A stretch of DNA of 64,000 nt from Rickettsiales bacterium (GTDB lineage Bacteria; Pseudomonadota; Alphaproteobacteria; Rickettsiales; JABSSG01): positions 10,953 to 74,952 of the forward strand of contig JBDOIT010000006.1 of the NCBI GenBank assembly GCA_047404135.1, given 5' to 3'. The notes below the pieces were generated by a model. The model saw only the letters and a list, made by a program, of their open reading frames with translations. It was not told the origin of the DNA and searched no databases. Below are positions 19,644 to 29,918 of this stretch, one piece after another (positions within the stretch are counted from its first letter, which is position 1; every line of letters starts with the position of its first letter). The translations under genes were made by a program, and so were the position numbers.

Positions 19644-21008
19644 TTAAAGAGGTTTTTTAGAATTTCTGCCTAACTTTTCAGCATTTCGTTTATTGATTCT
19701 TTTTGCTTCTCCTGAGTAATTCTTTTGCTTTGACCTGCCCACCGCAAGGCTGCTATCTTCAACATCCTCTGTCACAACACTACCCGCACCAATAATCGCT
19801 CCTTTACCAATTTCAACAGGTGCAATTATTGAAGCATTGGATCCCACAAACGAGTTGTCTCCTATTTTTGTTTTATGTTTACCAAACCCATCATAGTTAC
19901 ATGTGATTGTACCAGCGCCTATATTCACATTACTTCCTAACTCGCTGTCACCTAGATAGGAAAGGTGGCTTGATTTAGAACCCTCACCCACTTTGGAATT
20001 TTTCACCTCAACAAAATTACCTATTTTCACTTTGTCTCCTAGCATGGTTCCAGGTCTTAAATTTGCAAAAGGCCCAATGGTTGAATTCTTGCCTATTTCA
20101 GACCCCTCTATATGACAGAAAGATTTTATCACAGCTCCAGAATGAACCTTCACATTGCGACCGAAAAATACATTTGGATAAATCACAACATCTCTATCTA
20201 TCTCCGTATCCTCTGCAAAATAAACTGTATCTCTATCAACTAGAGTAACCCCCTCTCTTATAAACTTTGTGCGCAATTTATTTTGCATTACTTTTTCAGC
20301 TTTAGATAATTCCTCTCTGCTATTCACAGCCAGAGCCTCTTCTTCGCTCACAGCCACATGTTGGCACTTCAATTTTGCATCTCTCGCTAAGCTTACTAAG
20401 TCAGTTAAGTAATATTCCTTTTTAGAGTTATTGTTTTTTACGGATGATAATAATTGAGATGCGTGTTTTTTATTTATCAGCATCACACCAGAATTACATA
20501 AACTAATCTCTTTTTGATCCAAATCACAATCCAAAAATTCTATAATCTCCTCCAAAGAATTGTCTTTATTTACAACAAGGCGCCCGTACTCACTAGGTCC
20601 ACTAACCTCAAACCCCAAAACCACAAGTGCATTTATTGAATCCGCATTCAATAGTGTCTTCATCCTCTCTATTGTTTTAGATGTAATAAAAGGAGTATCT
20701 CCATATAGAACCAAAATGTGGTTATTATATTTTAACTCCCTCATACCAACCTTCACTGCATCCGCAGTGCCAAGCCTATCCTCCTGCACAACGGACTTAG
20801 AAGGTGTATATTCTGACAGAACACTCTCACGCAACCTATCCATATTTGGCCCTATTACGGTTACCACCTCTTCACTTCCTATATTTTTGATCATATCAAA
20901 TATATGACCTATCATGGATCTAGAAGCCACCTCGTGCATCACCTTGGGAAGCTTGGATTTCATCCTCTTACCTTCACCAGCTGCTAAAATAATTGTAGAT
21001 ATAGACAT
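19644..21008 (-). CDS. glmU: Bifunctional GlcNAc-1-P uridyltransferase / GlcN-1-P acetyltransferase
   Basis: N-terminal ILAAGEGKRMKS nucleotidyltransferase fold plus a C-terminal left-handed beta-helix of hexapeptide repeats. 454 aa. Confidence 0.93.
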   Translation of the reverse strand: MSISTIILAAGEGKRMKSKLPKVMHEVASRSMIGHIFDMIKNIGSEEVVTVIGPNMDRLRESVLSEYTPSKSVVQEDRLGTADAVKVGMRELKYNNHILVLYGDTPFITSKTIERMKTLLNADSINALVVLGFEVSGPSEYGRLVVNKDNSLEEIIEFLDCDLDQKEISLCNSGVMLINKKHASQLLSSVKNNNSKKEYYLTDLVSLARDAKLKCQHVAVSEEEALAVNSREELSKAEKVMQNKLRTKFIREGVTLVDRDTVYFAEDTEIDRDVVIYPNVFFGRNVKVHSGAVIKSFCHIEGSEIGKNSTIGPFANLRPGTMLGDKVKIGNFVEVKNSKVGEGSKSSHLSYLGDSELGSNVNIGAGTITCNYDGFGKHKTKIGDNSFVGSNASIIAPVEIGKGAIIGAGSVVTEDVEDSSLAVGRSKQKNYSGEAKRINKRNAEKLGRNSKKPL

Positions 21009-21082
21009 AATCAGTTACACTTTACACATGTAGGTATTTAAAGTAATACTATACGAAGTAGCATCAGAAATAAAACCAAAAT

Positions 21083-22549
21083 ATGATTTTATTAGCATCG
21101 ATTAGCATTCTTTCCGTTTTCATTCTACTATTCCTTTCTTGGAGTATTAGCAAAAAAAATTCTGAGATAAAGAATTTATCATTAGAATGCGATTCTCTAA
21201 AGGACATACGTAGCCTATTAGAAGCAGAATTAAACCAATCTACACAAGAAAAATATTCTACACAACATAAACTAGAATCTGTAACCATCAAAAATGCAAA
21301 ACACGAAAATTCTGTTTCTTTACTAAGAGATTCCATCGACAAATTGGAGAAAGAGCTAGTGGATCAAAAAACACTACACTCTGAAACTCAAGAATTCCTT
21401 TACCAAACAAAACAGTCTTTAGAGCTCAAAACTCAAGAAATGAAGGAGTTTGAAGTCAGAGTTAGTGATTGGGAAAAATCGCGAGGCGAAGCAATAGCAC
21501 AAGCAAAAGCAGCTATCTTTGAAACAGCAAATAAGCTTTCTACAGAGCTAATAGAAAAACACAAAGCAGAAACCAAAGAATCAGAAGAAAAACTCGGCAA
21601 CAAAACATCGAAATTGCAGGATCAGTTTGAAAAAATAGTCAGTAATATCGGCATACTAAATAATGAAATAAAATCTTCGAAAGATTCAGTTGACCATGTA
21701 AAACGCGCACTACTTTCACCTTCTGGTGCAGGAAATCTAGCAGAAATCACATTGGAAAACATTTTAAAAAGTTCTGGCTTACAAAGCGAGGTAGACTTCA
21801 TTATGCAATATTCTTTTACAACAAACTCAACAGAAAAATCTACGTTGAGGCCAGATGCAGTAGTATTCTTGCCTGGAGATAATGTGATGATTATAGATAG
21901 CAAGTCTTCTAAATACTTCGCCGAAATTGCAGAATCTGAAAAAGATCCCTCAAAAGAAAGTCTAACAAGTCTGAAGGGAACTATGCTTCAACACATCAAA
22001 GACCTCAAAAAGAAAAACTACCAAGACTTCCTCAAGGAGCACATGAGTCACAAAAAAGTAAACCATATCTCCAACATTATGTTTCTTCCTAGTGAATCCG
22101 CTTTGGAAAAAATTTCACAAATAGATAAGAGCTTTATCACAAAAGCCTGGGAGGATAATATCTTTCCTGTAGGCCCTTCTGGACTAATCAACCTATTAGT
22201 TTATGCAAAGTTCCAAATAGCATCACATACACAATCTAAAAACCAACACCTTATCATAGAGGAGGTCAGAAAATTACTCAGCTCTGTATCTCATCTGTAC
22301 GAGCATACAAGAAAATTAGGAAATAGCCTTCACAGCACCACAAACCACTTCGATAGACTGGCAGGGTCCTTTAATACAAATTTTCTGCCAAAGGCGCGAA
22401 ATTTACAAAAACTGGGGGTCCTTATCTCAAAGAGTAAAGAGCTACCAAATAACCTAGAGCGATTAACTGTTATTTCATCCAATAAAATGGATCTAATAGA
22501 TATGGCGCAAGATTCACAGAAAAAAGCCAAGGAAGATTCTGATGAGTAA
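21083..22549 (+). CDS. rmuC: DNA recombination protein RmuC
   Basis: N-terminal TM, long coiled coil, C-terminal RmuC nuclease-like domain (PDAVVFLPGDNVMIIDSKSS). Confidence 0.88.
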   Translation: MILLASISILSVFILLFLSWSISKKNSEIKNLSLECDSLKDIRSLLEAELNQSTQEKYSTQHKLESVTIKNAKHENSVSLLRDSIDKLEKELVDQKTLHSETQEFLYQTKQSLELKTQEMKEFEVRVSDWEKSRGEAIAQAKAAIFETANKLSTELIEKHKAETKESEEKLGNKTSKLQDQFEKIVSNIGILNNEIKSSKDSVDHVKRALLSPSGAGNLAEITLENILKSSGLQSEVDFIMQYSFTTNSTEKSTLRPDAVVFLPGDNVMIIDSKSSKYFAEIAESEKDPSKESLTSLKGTMLQHIKDLKKKNYQDFLKEHMSHKKVNHISNIMFLPSESALEKISQIDKSFITKAWEDNIFPVGPSGLINLLVYAKFQIASHTQSKNQHLIIEEVRKLLSSVSHLYEHTRKLGNSLHSTTNHFDRLAGSFNTNFLPKARNLQKLGVLISKSKELPNNLERLTVISSNKMDLIDMAQDSQKKAKEDSDE

Positions 22550-23051
22550 CGTATTTCCCTTTAAAGGAATAATTCCACAAATTGGCAACAACTGCTTCAT
22601 AGCCCCCACAGCATCCGTTATAGGAAAAGTAGAAATAGGGGAATATTCAAGTATATGGTTCAATACTGTATTACGTGGAGATGCAGAAAAGATTACAGTA
22701 GGTTCTCATACGAATATACAGGATGGCAGTATCATCCACGTAACAAATGGGGGGTTTCCTACAACAATAGGCTCCTATGTAACTGTTGGGCATAAGGTAT
22801 TATTACATGCATGCACTATCGAAGATCACGCTCTTATAGGAATGGACTCAACAATAATGGATAGAGCTGTTGTGGAATCTGGAGGCTGGGTGGCGGCAGG
22901 GTCCTTGGTAACTGAAGGAAAAATAGTAAAATCAGGAGAAATATGGGCAGGCAGGCCAGCAAACTTTTTCCGCAAACTCACGAGCGAGGAGCTAACCTTC
23001 ATTAAAACTTCAGCTATGAATTATGTCACATATTCCAAAGAATATTTCTAA
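22542..23051 (+). CDS. Gamma-carbonic-anhydrase-like hexapeptide-repeat protein (YrdA/PaaY/CaiE family)
   Basis: 169 aa left-handed beta-helix pattern (FIAPTASVIGKVEIGEYSSIWFNTVLRGD...IQDGSIIHV...GHKVLLHAC). 8-nt overlap with rmuC. Confidence 0.85.
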   Translation: MSNVFPFKGIIPQIGNNCFIAPTASVIGKVEIGEYSSIWFNTVLRGDAEKITVGSHTNIQDGSIIHVTNGGFPTTIGSYVTVGHKVLLHACTIEDHALIGMDSTIMDRAVVESGGWVAAGSLVTEGKIVKSGEIWAGRPANFFRKLTSEELTFIKTSAMNYVTYSKEYF

Positions 23052-23129
23052 AAAGCATATATATACATACCTTAGTATTGCTAATTTATACACACAGCTA
23101 TACCCTGATGAAAAAAATATAGTTATTTT

Positions 23130-23744
23130 GTGAGCACTAATACAATTTGCAATCTCTCTCCCATAGAGGGTTTTATTAAATCTGAAATTCAAGATACATG
23201 CTATACTTTTAAAAAGATCCTGCAAGACACTAAACTAATAGAATCAGTACAAAATCTTGCATTACTCTCTGCTAAAGCATTGCAAAATGGGAACAAGATA
23301 ATCTTTTGTGGTAATGGCGGATCCGCAGCAGACTCTCAACATCTAGCAGCAGAATTAGTTAGCAAATTATACAAAGACCGCCCTGCTCTTGCTGCAATAT
23401 CATTAACGACAGACACATCCGCTATTACAGCTATTGCAAATGACTATGGATATGACAAATTATTCTCCAGACAAGTAGAAGCAGTTGGAAATAAAGGAGA
23501 TATTTTGATAGGAATCTCAACATCAGGCCGCAGTATCAATGTTCTAAATGGAATTTTAAAAGCAAAAGAATTGGGATTAACTACCATTGCTTTTTTAGGA
23601 CAAGACGGAAGAGATATAGGGAAGATATCTGACCACCAATTGAACATCCCATCTAACAAAACTCCGAAGATACAAGAAGCTCACATAGCGTTGGGTCATA
23701 TTTACTGCGCTGCTATTGAAAGAATTATATTTGGTAACGAATGA
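23130..23744 (+). CDS. gmhA: Sedoheptulose-7-phosphate isomerase (phosphoheptose isomerase, SIS domain)
   Basis: FCGNGGSAADSQHLAAEL and ISTSGRSINV motifs. About 200 aa. GTG start in the ORF track. Confidence 0.88.
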   Translation: MSTNTICNLSPIEGFIKSEIQDTCYTFKKILQDTKLIESVQNLALLSAKALQNGNKIIFCGNGGSAADSQHLAAELVSKLYKDRPALAAISLTTDTSAITAIANDYGYDKLFSRQVEAVGNKGDILIGISTSGRSINVLNGILKAKELGLTTIAFLGQDGRDIGKISDHQLNIPSNKTPKIQEAHIALGHIYCAAIERIIFGNE

Positions 23745-24826
23745 TAATTAGTCGAACACCTTATAGGGTGTCTTTTTTTGGAGGAGGAACAGATTACCAT
23801 ACTTGGTATGAAAAACATGGAGGAAAAGTACTCTCTACCACAATAAGACATTACAGCTATGTCTACGCAAGATTCCTCCCTCCCTTTTTTAGATATAAAT
23901 ATAGATTCACTTGGAATGATATTGTAGAAACGTTAAATGAAAAATCCGAAACCTCACATGGGATCATAAGATCTGCCCTTGATTTTTTAAAAATAGACTC
24001 TGGAATAGAAATTTCACATCAAGAAGATATACCTTCGAAATCCGGCATTGGCTCCAGCTCTACATTTTCAGTTGGTTTACTAAACTCTTTATATTCACTA
24101 ACTAACACTCCCTCTACAAAGAAGAATCTTGCTTGTGAAGCAGTGCATCTAGAAAGAGAAATGCTAAAAGACAGTATAGGTGTTCAGGATCAAATTGCAG
24201 CTTCCTATGGTGGGTTAAATAAAATAGAAATCAACACAGACGGAACCTTTGCAGTTACCCCTTTAAACTTAAAAAAAGAAAGATCAAAAGAGTTAGAAAG
24301 CCATATGATGCTATTTTTCACAGGAATCTCAAGAAAATCTACCGTGGTGGCAGCAAAAAAAATTGATATCTTACCAGAGAAAGAAGCAGTACTGAAAAAA
24401 ATGTCCGATTTAGTAGATGAGTCTATTGAACTACTATCATCAACAGAAGACATATGTTATTTTGGAGAATTATTACACAAAACTTGGAGTCTCAAACAAA
24501 GTATTTCTTCTCATATTTCCAATAAAACCGTTGACTCCATATATGCACGCGCAAGAAATGCAGGAGCCTTAGGAGGAAAGTTGCTTGGAGCGGGAGGGGG
24601 AGGATTTGTGATATTCTTTGCAAAACCGGAGCATCATCAAAAGGTCAAAGAAGCTCTATCGGACTTCTTATGGGTACCCTTTGAGTTTGAGAAAAATGGA
24701 TCACAAATAATATTCCGTGATAGTCCAAAATACTCACTCAGCTCCTCTATAAGAAGAGACTTCCACCACCTAAAAAATGAACGCTTAACTAGCTTACAAA
24801 GAAAGTATAAAACATTAGCACAGTGA
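23741..24826 (+). CDS. hddA: GHMP-family sugar kinase, D-glycero-D-manno-heptose-7-phosphate kinase type
   Basis: GHMP motif PSKSGIGSSSTFSVGL and GAGGGGF. 4-nt overlaps with gmhA and the downstream nucleotidyltransferase. Confidence 0.78.
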   Translation: MIISRTPYRVSFFGGGTDYHTWYEKHGGKVLSTTIRHYSYVYARFLPPFFRYKYRFTWNDIVETLNEKSETSHGIIRSALDFLKIDSGIEISHQEDIPSKSGIGSSSTFSVGLLNSLYSLTNTPSTKKNLACEAVHLEREMLKDSIGVQDQIAASYGGLNKIEINTDGTFAVTPLNLKKERSKELESHMMLFFTGISRKSTVVAAKKIDILPEKEAVLKKMSDLVDESIELLSSTEDICYFGELLHKTWSLKQSISSHISNKTVDSIYARARNAGALGGKLLGAGGGGFVIFFAKPEHHQKVKEALSDFLWVPFEFEKNGSQIIFRDSPKYSLSSSIRRDFHHLKNERLTSLQRKYKTLAQ

Positions 24827-25515
24827 AAGCTCTAATACTAGCAGGAGGTTTTGGAACCAGGCTCAGAACAGTTATAAATAATACACCTAAAGTAATGGCT
24901 CCTGTAAACGGGAAGCCCTTCTTGGAATATATATTATTCTCGTTATACAAATCTAACATAGAAGAAGTAGTAGTTTCTGTACATTACCTAGCAGACCATA
25001 TAAAAGATTATTTTGGCAATGATTACAAAGGAATGAGTCTAAAGTATTCCGAAGAAATCTCTCCTCTTGGAACAGGAGGAGCAATAAAAAACTCTTTATC
25101 ATACTTAAAGAATACAGACAATATAGTGGTGATGAACGGGGATAGCTTTGTGAATTGCGACCTCTTGCATATAGTAGAAAAACATAAATCCTCAGAATGC
25201 TCAATTTCGATTGTTGTAAAAAAACTACCTGTCAGCGAAAGATATGGAACGCTAGAGATTAAAGATCATAAGATAGTTTCTTTTAAAGAAAAAAAATCAG
25301 AGAAAGATTGCTTTATAAATACAGGAATATATTTAATCTCTAGTAGAATATTTGAAAATCATCACTTACCAGATAGCTTTTCGTTCGAAAAAGATTTTTT
25401 ACAGAAAGAAATCTCTTCATTGAGTATAAACGCTATCCACACAGATAGTTTCTTTATAGACATAGGGATTCCAGCAGATTACAAAAAAGCCCAAACATCC
25501 TTAGAGGAAATATAG
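24823..25515 (+). CDS. hddC: Sugar-1-phosphate nucleotidyltransferase, heptose-1-phosphate guanylyltransferase type
   Basis: N-terminal ILAGGFGTRLR. About 230 aa, a short NTP-transferase lacking a beta-helix tail. Operonic with gmhA/hddA. Confidence 0.75.
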   Translation: MKALILAGGFGTRLRTVINNTPKVMAPVNGKPFLEYILFSLYKSNIEEVVVSVHYLADHIKDYFGNDYKGMSLKYSEEISPLGTGGAIKNSLSYLKNTDNIVVMNGDSFVNCDLLHIVEKHKSSECSISIVVKKLPVSERYGTLEIKDHKIVSFKEKKSEKDCFINTGIYLISSRIFENHHLPDSFSFEKDFLQKEISSLSINAIHTDSFFIDIGIPADYKKAQTSLEEI

Positions 25516-25566
25516 AATTTGCATTGTACCGTAAAAATTTTATCGTCTATGGATAGTATAAAGATA

Positions 25567-26199
25567 CTAACCATACAGCTTGTCCATTTTATCTTCTATT
25601 TCTAAGGTAATAAGTTTTGCAGAACTGGGAATATTCTTGATATTCTTAAAAAAAGCATATTTACCTCCATTAGACAAGTCTGATTTTGGTGCCTTGATAA
25701 CAAAAGATAGGATTTTTTTATTAGTCTGATCAACAACCCTGACAACAATGTTTGGCACCCTCCTCCTTTCTTCGGAATTATTTACAACAAATCCATTTAT
25801 ATCAATACTGTTATTATCTTTTCGCAATAACTCAGTTTTCTGTATTTCTATATTACCTGAATTTAGAATCCCTACCTTTGTATATACAGAGCGTAAAGGT
25901 TGGTATTTATTTTCTATATCTTCGTGAAAGAAAAAAACTGAAGTGACTAAAATCAAAACAGCAAAAATTGCAGGAAGTAGTTTTAACCAACCGGGAACAA
26001 CATATTCTATCACCACTGGCAAACTTCTTGATAAACTCACCTTTTTTACTGTAGCTTCCTTCTTTTTTTGCTTATCTTTACTTGGATATTGAGTCCATAT
26101 ATGAAAGCATTTCGTACACCTCACCTTGCGTCCAGTGCTTGTGACAGAAGCAATGGACATCTGATATTTTGTTGAACATTTTTTACATGATATAATCAC
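25567..26199 (-). CDS. MJ0042-type zinc-ribbon membrane protein (DUF3426-like)
   Basis: N-terminal CKKCSTKY...VRCTKCFHIW zinc ribbon, Lys-rich linker, one TM (LLPAIFAVLILVTSVFFF), C-terminal beta domain. Confidence 0.65.
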   Translation of the reverse strand: MIISCKKCSTKYQMSIASVTSTGRKVRCTKCFHIWTQYPSKDKQKKKEATVKKVSLSRSLPVVIEYVVPGWLKLLPAIFAVLILVTSVFFFHEDIENKYQPLRSVYTKVGILNSGNIEIQKTELLRKDNNSIDINGFVVNNSEERRRVPNIVVRVVDQTNKKILSFVIKAPKSDLSNGGKYAFFKNIKNIPSSAKLITLEIEDKMDKLYG

Positions 26200-26218
26200 A
26201 AGAACCTCACCTTTAGTT

Positions 26219-26944
26219 TTATTCTAGATCGTTATTCTTTTTTTGCAATATTCTAGCGACATCAACAAATTTTTTCCTACTCTCTGGAATCTGAAAATGC
26301 TTTTCTAAAAAATACTGAGTAACCTTCAGAGATTCCAAAACATCTAGTATATCTGCCTCGCATTCTATTTTTTGCAAAGAACCTGTAATTTTGAATAGCT
26401 TTTCCTTATATGGATTACCAATTTCTTGAGATATAGCCCTACCAGTTTTCGGAGAAATATAAGCAAGCTCTGAAGCGCTACCAGTTACTCCGCACTTTGA
26501 TAAGTCCAAGCCAAACCCAGAATGCGAAAGGAATTCCATTTCTAAAAACAACATCCTCTGAAGCCAATTAGATTCATTATATTTCATCGCATATAGAAAA
26601 TCCTCTAGATATCTGTATAACACCTTATTTGGCTCCTTGGGTGCCAGACCATATCTAAATATTTCACATAGATTTGACATCGCTGACATCTTTGCAATGT
26701 CATGATATATGAATGGGTATACAGATTCATGAGATTCAATACTGAATCTACCTAGATGCTCCTCTAATCTTCCTCTCCACGATAGAGATACAATGTTACC
26801 TACATCAGTAGTTGATTGATTTTTCTTAGCATTTCTAATGGACCCTCTAGAAAGACCATATTGACTTGAAAAACAAGTTAAAAGCATAATCTTATCGCTG
26901 TATTTGCTACGATGAAGTATTATTGCTGAGTCTTTCCATTCCAT
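26219..26944 (-). CDS. recO: DNA repair protein RecO
   Basis: 241 aa. OB-fold N-terminus (MEWKDSAIILHRSKYSDKIMLLTCFS..GLSRG) and RecO-like C-terminal helical domain. Confidence 0.85.
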   Translation of the reverse strand: MEWKDSAIILHRSKYSDKIMLLTCFSSQYGLSRGSIRNAKKNQSTTDVGNIVSLSWRGRLEEHLGRFSIESHESVYPFIYHDIAKMSAMSNLCEIFRYGLAPKEPNKVLYRYLEDFLYAMKYNESNWLQRMLFLEMEFLSHSGFGLDLSKCGVTGSASELAYISPKTGRAISQEIGNPYKEKLFKITGSLQKIECEADILDVLESLKVTQYFLEKHFQIPESRKKFVDVARILQKKNNDLE

Positions 26945-27058
26945 ATCTCATTACAATATCAAAATTAGGTTAAAATATAAACCAACTATTCTTGAAATCA
27001 CCTTTTTATAGGTTATCATATTTAGTATAAAAGTTAAACAAAACAGAGATTATTTTTA

Positions 27059-29395
27059 GTGATTGAAGATTCTATTTTTAACAATGCTAATTTCCTTCTT
27101 ATCTCTTTCGTGGCATCAATCTTCTTATTTACATGGATCAAAGAAAAGAAGAATATTTCTGCTAAGAAATTTAAACCTATAGATAGTAATCATTTTTTCT
27201 TCAGGGACCCCAAAAAAAACATACATTACACCTCTAGAAGCCTAAGGAAGCTTCTGAACATAAAATCCAGAAACCTCTCCATTAAAAAACTCTATAGTTT
27301 TTTCTGTGAAGCAGATCAAAAAAAACTACTAGAGCTCATCAACCACTCAGCAGAAGACTATTCCAGCTATACAAATAAACCCATTTCTTTGGAGCTAAAA
27401 AGAGAAGTCACTGGCACAAGAATATATCTAAACTGCAATAAAATGCTCATCAATAATAGTAAAGGTAGGCCAATGAGGGCTTTTTTCTTGTTTTTCTCAG
27501 ATATCACTGAAAAAACATTAACGAATCACCTGATTCAAAAAGAAAATGAGGTACTGCGCAAAGAATTAGCACATAAGAATAATATATTAAATACACTACC
27601 CATTCCTGTATGGGCAAGAGACAAAGATCTGAACATCTCTTATTTTAATAACAAATATAATGAGATAATATCTGAGACACGAGAAGATGTTTATCAACAA
27701 AACAAAGAATTAACTAAAAATCAAAAATCTTTATCCATACAGATACGAAAATCTCAGAAACCTAAATCAGAAGAGAAGTATGTTGTTGTTGGGGGAAAAA
27801 GACGCCTGTACAAACTTACAGAAACACCTGTAGTAGGCTGTGAAATAATCGTAGGTACTGGTCATGACATTACAAATAAAGATAATCTTCGATCAGACCT
27901 AAAAAAACATATCTCTGCACAATCCAATTTACTAGAGAGCAGTAGTAGTGCCGTCTCTATATACGACAACAACACAAAACTAAGATTCTTCAATCAAGCC
28001 TTCATGAAGCTGTGGAATATAGATGAAAAATGGTTACTCTCTAAACCTACTTATGGTGAAGTTCTAGAAAAACTCAGAGACAGACGTCAGCTTCCAGAGC
28101 AAATAGATTTCCAGATGTTCAAATCAGAGCAGATTAAGTTGTTTAGAGACTTAATGTCCACTCATAATGATTTCTTCTATTTACCCGATGGGAGGTATCT
28201 AAGAGTTATTGTAATACCTCATGCATTGGGAGGGCTACTAATATCATATGAAGATATAACAGACAAACTCACCCTAGAGAAAGATTTCAAAATCCTCAGT
28301 GCAGTTCAAAAAGAAACCATAGATCATTTGAATGAAGGAGTGAGCGTATTTAACGAAAATGGAAGGTTGCAGATTAGTAATCAGAAATTTGCAGATCTCT
28401 GGAATCTAGACAAACAATATCTAAAATCAAAACCGCATATCACTAATATCTTGGAGAAAATACAAATTACTACTTCGAGTAAAAATGTAATTGTGAAATT
28501 TATTGATATAATAAATAGTCGAAAAAATACTAGTTTCAGAATCCAAAAAGAAAATGGAGTTACTTTAGACATACTTTTTGTTCCGTTACCAGATGGCGCA
28601 ACATTGATAAGCTATCAAGATGTTACAGATTCAATGCTTGTAGAAAAAACACTGATCGAAAAGAATGAAGCTTTACAAAAAGTAGATCATCTGAAGACTG
28701 AATTCCTCGCAAATGTCTCTTATGAGTTAAGATCGCCTCTAACGTCAATAATAGGGTTTGCTCAATCTCTAGACAAACAATATTTCGGCCTATTAAATGA
28801 AGTGCAATCAGAGTATGTCTGTGGAATAAATACCTCCTCACAATACCTGCTAACCCTTATCAATGATATTCTGGATTTAGCATCCATAGACGCAGGATAT
28901 ATGCAATTAGAGTTTAGCAAGTTCAATATTAGAGATACCGTAGAATCCATCACCACTCTTCTAGAACAGAGAGCAAAGGAACGCAAAGTCCTACTCTCAG
29001 TCTCGTATCGTGGAGATGCGGGAGAAATGTTTGGCGACCATACAAGAATAAAACAAGTTCTGCTAAAATTGCTAAGCAACGCCGTAGAAATATCAAAACC
29101 AGAACAACAAGTATTATTTATAATAGAGAAAGAGCAAAACAATATAATGTTCATTGTAGAAGACAACAATATCAGCATTAGTGAAGAAGAGCAGAAATAT
29201 CTATTTGATAAATTCCACAAAACAGATGTTAGAAAAGTAAAGTCCAAGAGTGCAGCTCTAGGTTTAGCGCTTGCAAAAAGCTTTATTGAGTTACATGGAG
29301 GCACCCTTCACTTCGTACGTAAAAATCCAAAAGGAGGGATATTTGAATGTTCTGTACCTCAAAATGCTAAAGCATTTTCTCTTTCACATGCATAA
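27059..29395 (+). CDS. PAS-domain sensor histidine kinase (PleC/DivJ-like alphaproteobacterial type)
   Basis: N-terminal TM, repeated PAS-like segments, H-box FLANVSYELRSPLTSIIGF, HATPase N/G boxes (LLSNAVE, LGLALAKSFIELHGG). GTG start per the ORF track. Confidence 0.88.
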   Translation: MIEDSIFNNANFLLISFVASIFLFTWIKEKKNISAKKFKPIDSNHFFFRDPKKNIHYTSRSLRKLLNIKSRNLSIKKLYSFFCEADQKKLLELINHSAEDYSSYTNKPISLELKREVTGTRIYLNCNKMLINNSKGRPMRAFFLFFSDITEKTLTNHLIQKENEVLRKELAHKNNILNTLPIPVWARDKDLNISYFNNKYNEIISETREDVYQQNKELTKNQKSLSIQIRKSQKPKSEEKYVVVGGKRRLYKLTETPVVGCEIIVGTGHDITNKDNLRSDLKKHISAQSNLLESSSSAVSIYDNNTKLRFFNQAFMKLWNIDEKWLLSKPTYGEVLEKLRDRRQLPEQIDFQMFKSEQIKLFRDLMSTHNDFFYLPDGRYLRVIVIPHALGGLLISYEDITDKLTLEKDFKILSAVQKETIDHLNEGVSVFNENGRLQISNQKFADLWNLDKQYLKSKPHITNILEKIQITTSSKNVIVKFIDIINSRKNTSFRIQKENGVTLDILFVPLPDGATLISYQDVTDSMLVEKTLIEKNEALQKVDHLKTEFLANVSYELRSPLTSIIGFAQSLDKQYFGLLNEVQSEYVCGINTSSQYLLTLINDILDLASIDAGYMQLEFSKFNIRDTVESITTLLEQRAKERKVLLSVSYRGDAGEMFGDHTRIKQVLLKLLSNAVEISKPEQQVLFIIEKEQNNIMFIVEDNNISISEEEQKYLFDKFHKTDVRKVKSKSAALGLALAKSFIELHGGTLHFVRKNPKGGIFECSVPQNAKAFSLSHA

Positions 29396-29411
29396 TAGGT
29401 AAAGTTAAAAT

Positions 29412-29918
29412 ATGAGTGATATTTCAATCTATTTAAAAAATTTAAAAGACACAAAGCATCTTGCAGAATTACTTTCTGTGCATTTAAAAAAAACTGATAT
29501 TGTGCTTCTAAAAGGAGATTTAGGTAGCGGCAAAACAACCTTTGCACAGTTCCTAATCAGATCGCTTATTCCAACTGTTAGCAACGTACAGAGCCCTACA
29601 TTCAATATAGTAAATGGTTACGAGGATGAAAAGCACATAGTATCACATCTAGACCTGTACAGACTTAAACATCAAGATGAGCTTTTAGAGATTGGATTCG
29701 AGGAGTTTTTATACAGTGGCATAACTATCATAGAGTGGCCGGAATTGGCAGAAAATATTATACATAAAAATAAAATTACTATATCCTTTAACAATCACTT
29801 GGATTCGAATACTCGCTCTGTGGCACTAAGCATTAGAGGTAGATTTATTGACGAAGAAGGTGGTTTACTAAAACAAATAGCAAGAGAGTTCAATGCAAAG
29901 CACAGATCTAAAAAATAG
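29412..29918 (+). CDS. tsaE: tRNA t6A37 biosynthesis ATPase TsaE (YjeE)
   Basis: P-loop LKGDLGSGKTTF, about 160 aa. Conserved alphaproteobacterial position upstream of amgK/murU. Confidence 0.88.
   Translation: MSDISIYLKNLKDTKHLAELLSVHLKKTDIVLLKGDLGSGKTTFAQFLIRSLIPTVSNVQSPTFNIVNGYEDEKHIVSHLDLYRLKHQDELLEIGFEEFLYSGITIIEWPELAENIIHKNKITISFNNHLDSNTRSVALSIRGRFIDEEGGLLKQIAREFNAKHRSKK

Noticed and set aside
21064-21342. 92-aa minus-strand ORF at the glmU/rmuC divergent region
   Set aside because: It overlaps the well-supported rmuC N-terminus (TM plus coiled coil) on the opposite strand, and it has no motif or RBS.
25433-25441. DnaA-box-like CTATCCACA
   Set aside because: It is a single 8/9 match inside the hddC coding sequence, with no cluster, no AT-rich unwinding element and no dnaA/hemE context. 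It is not an origin.
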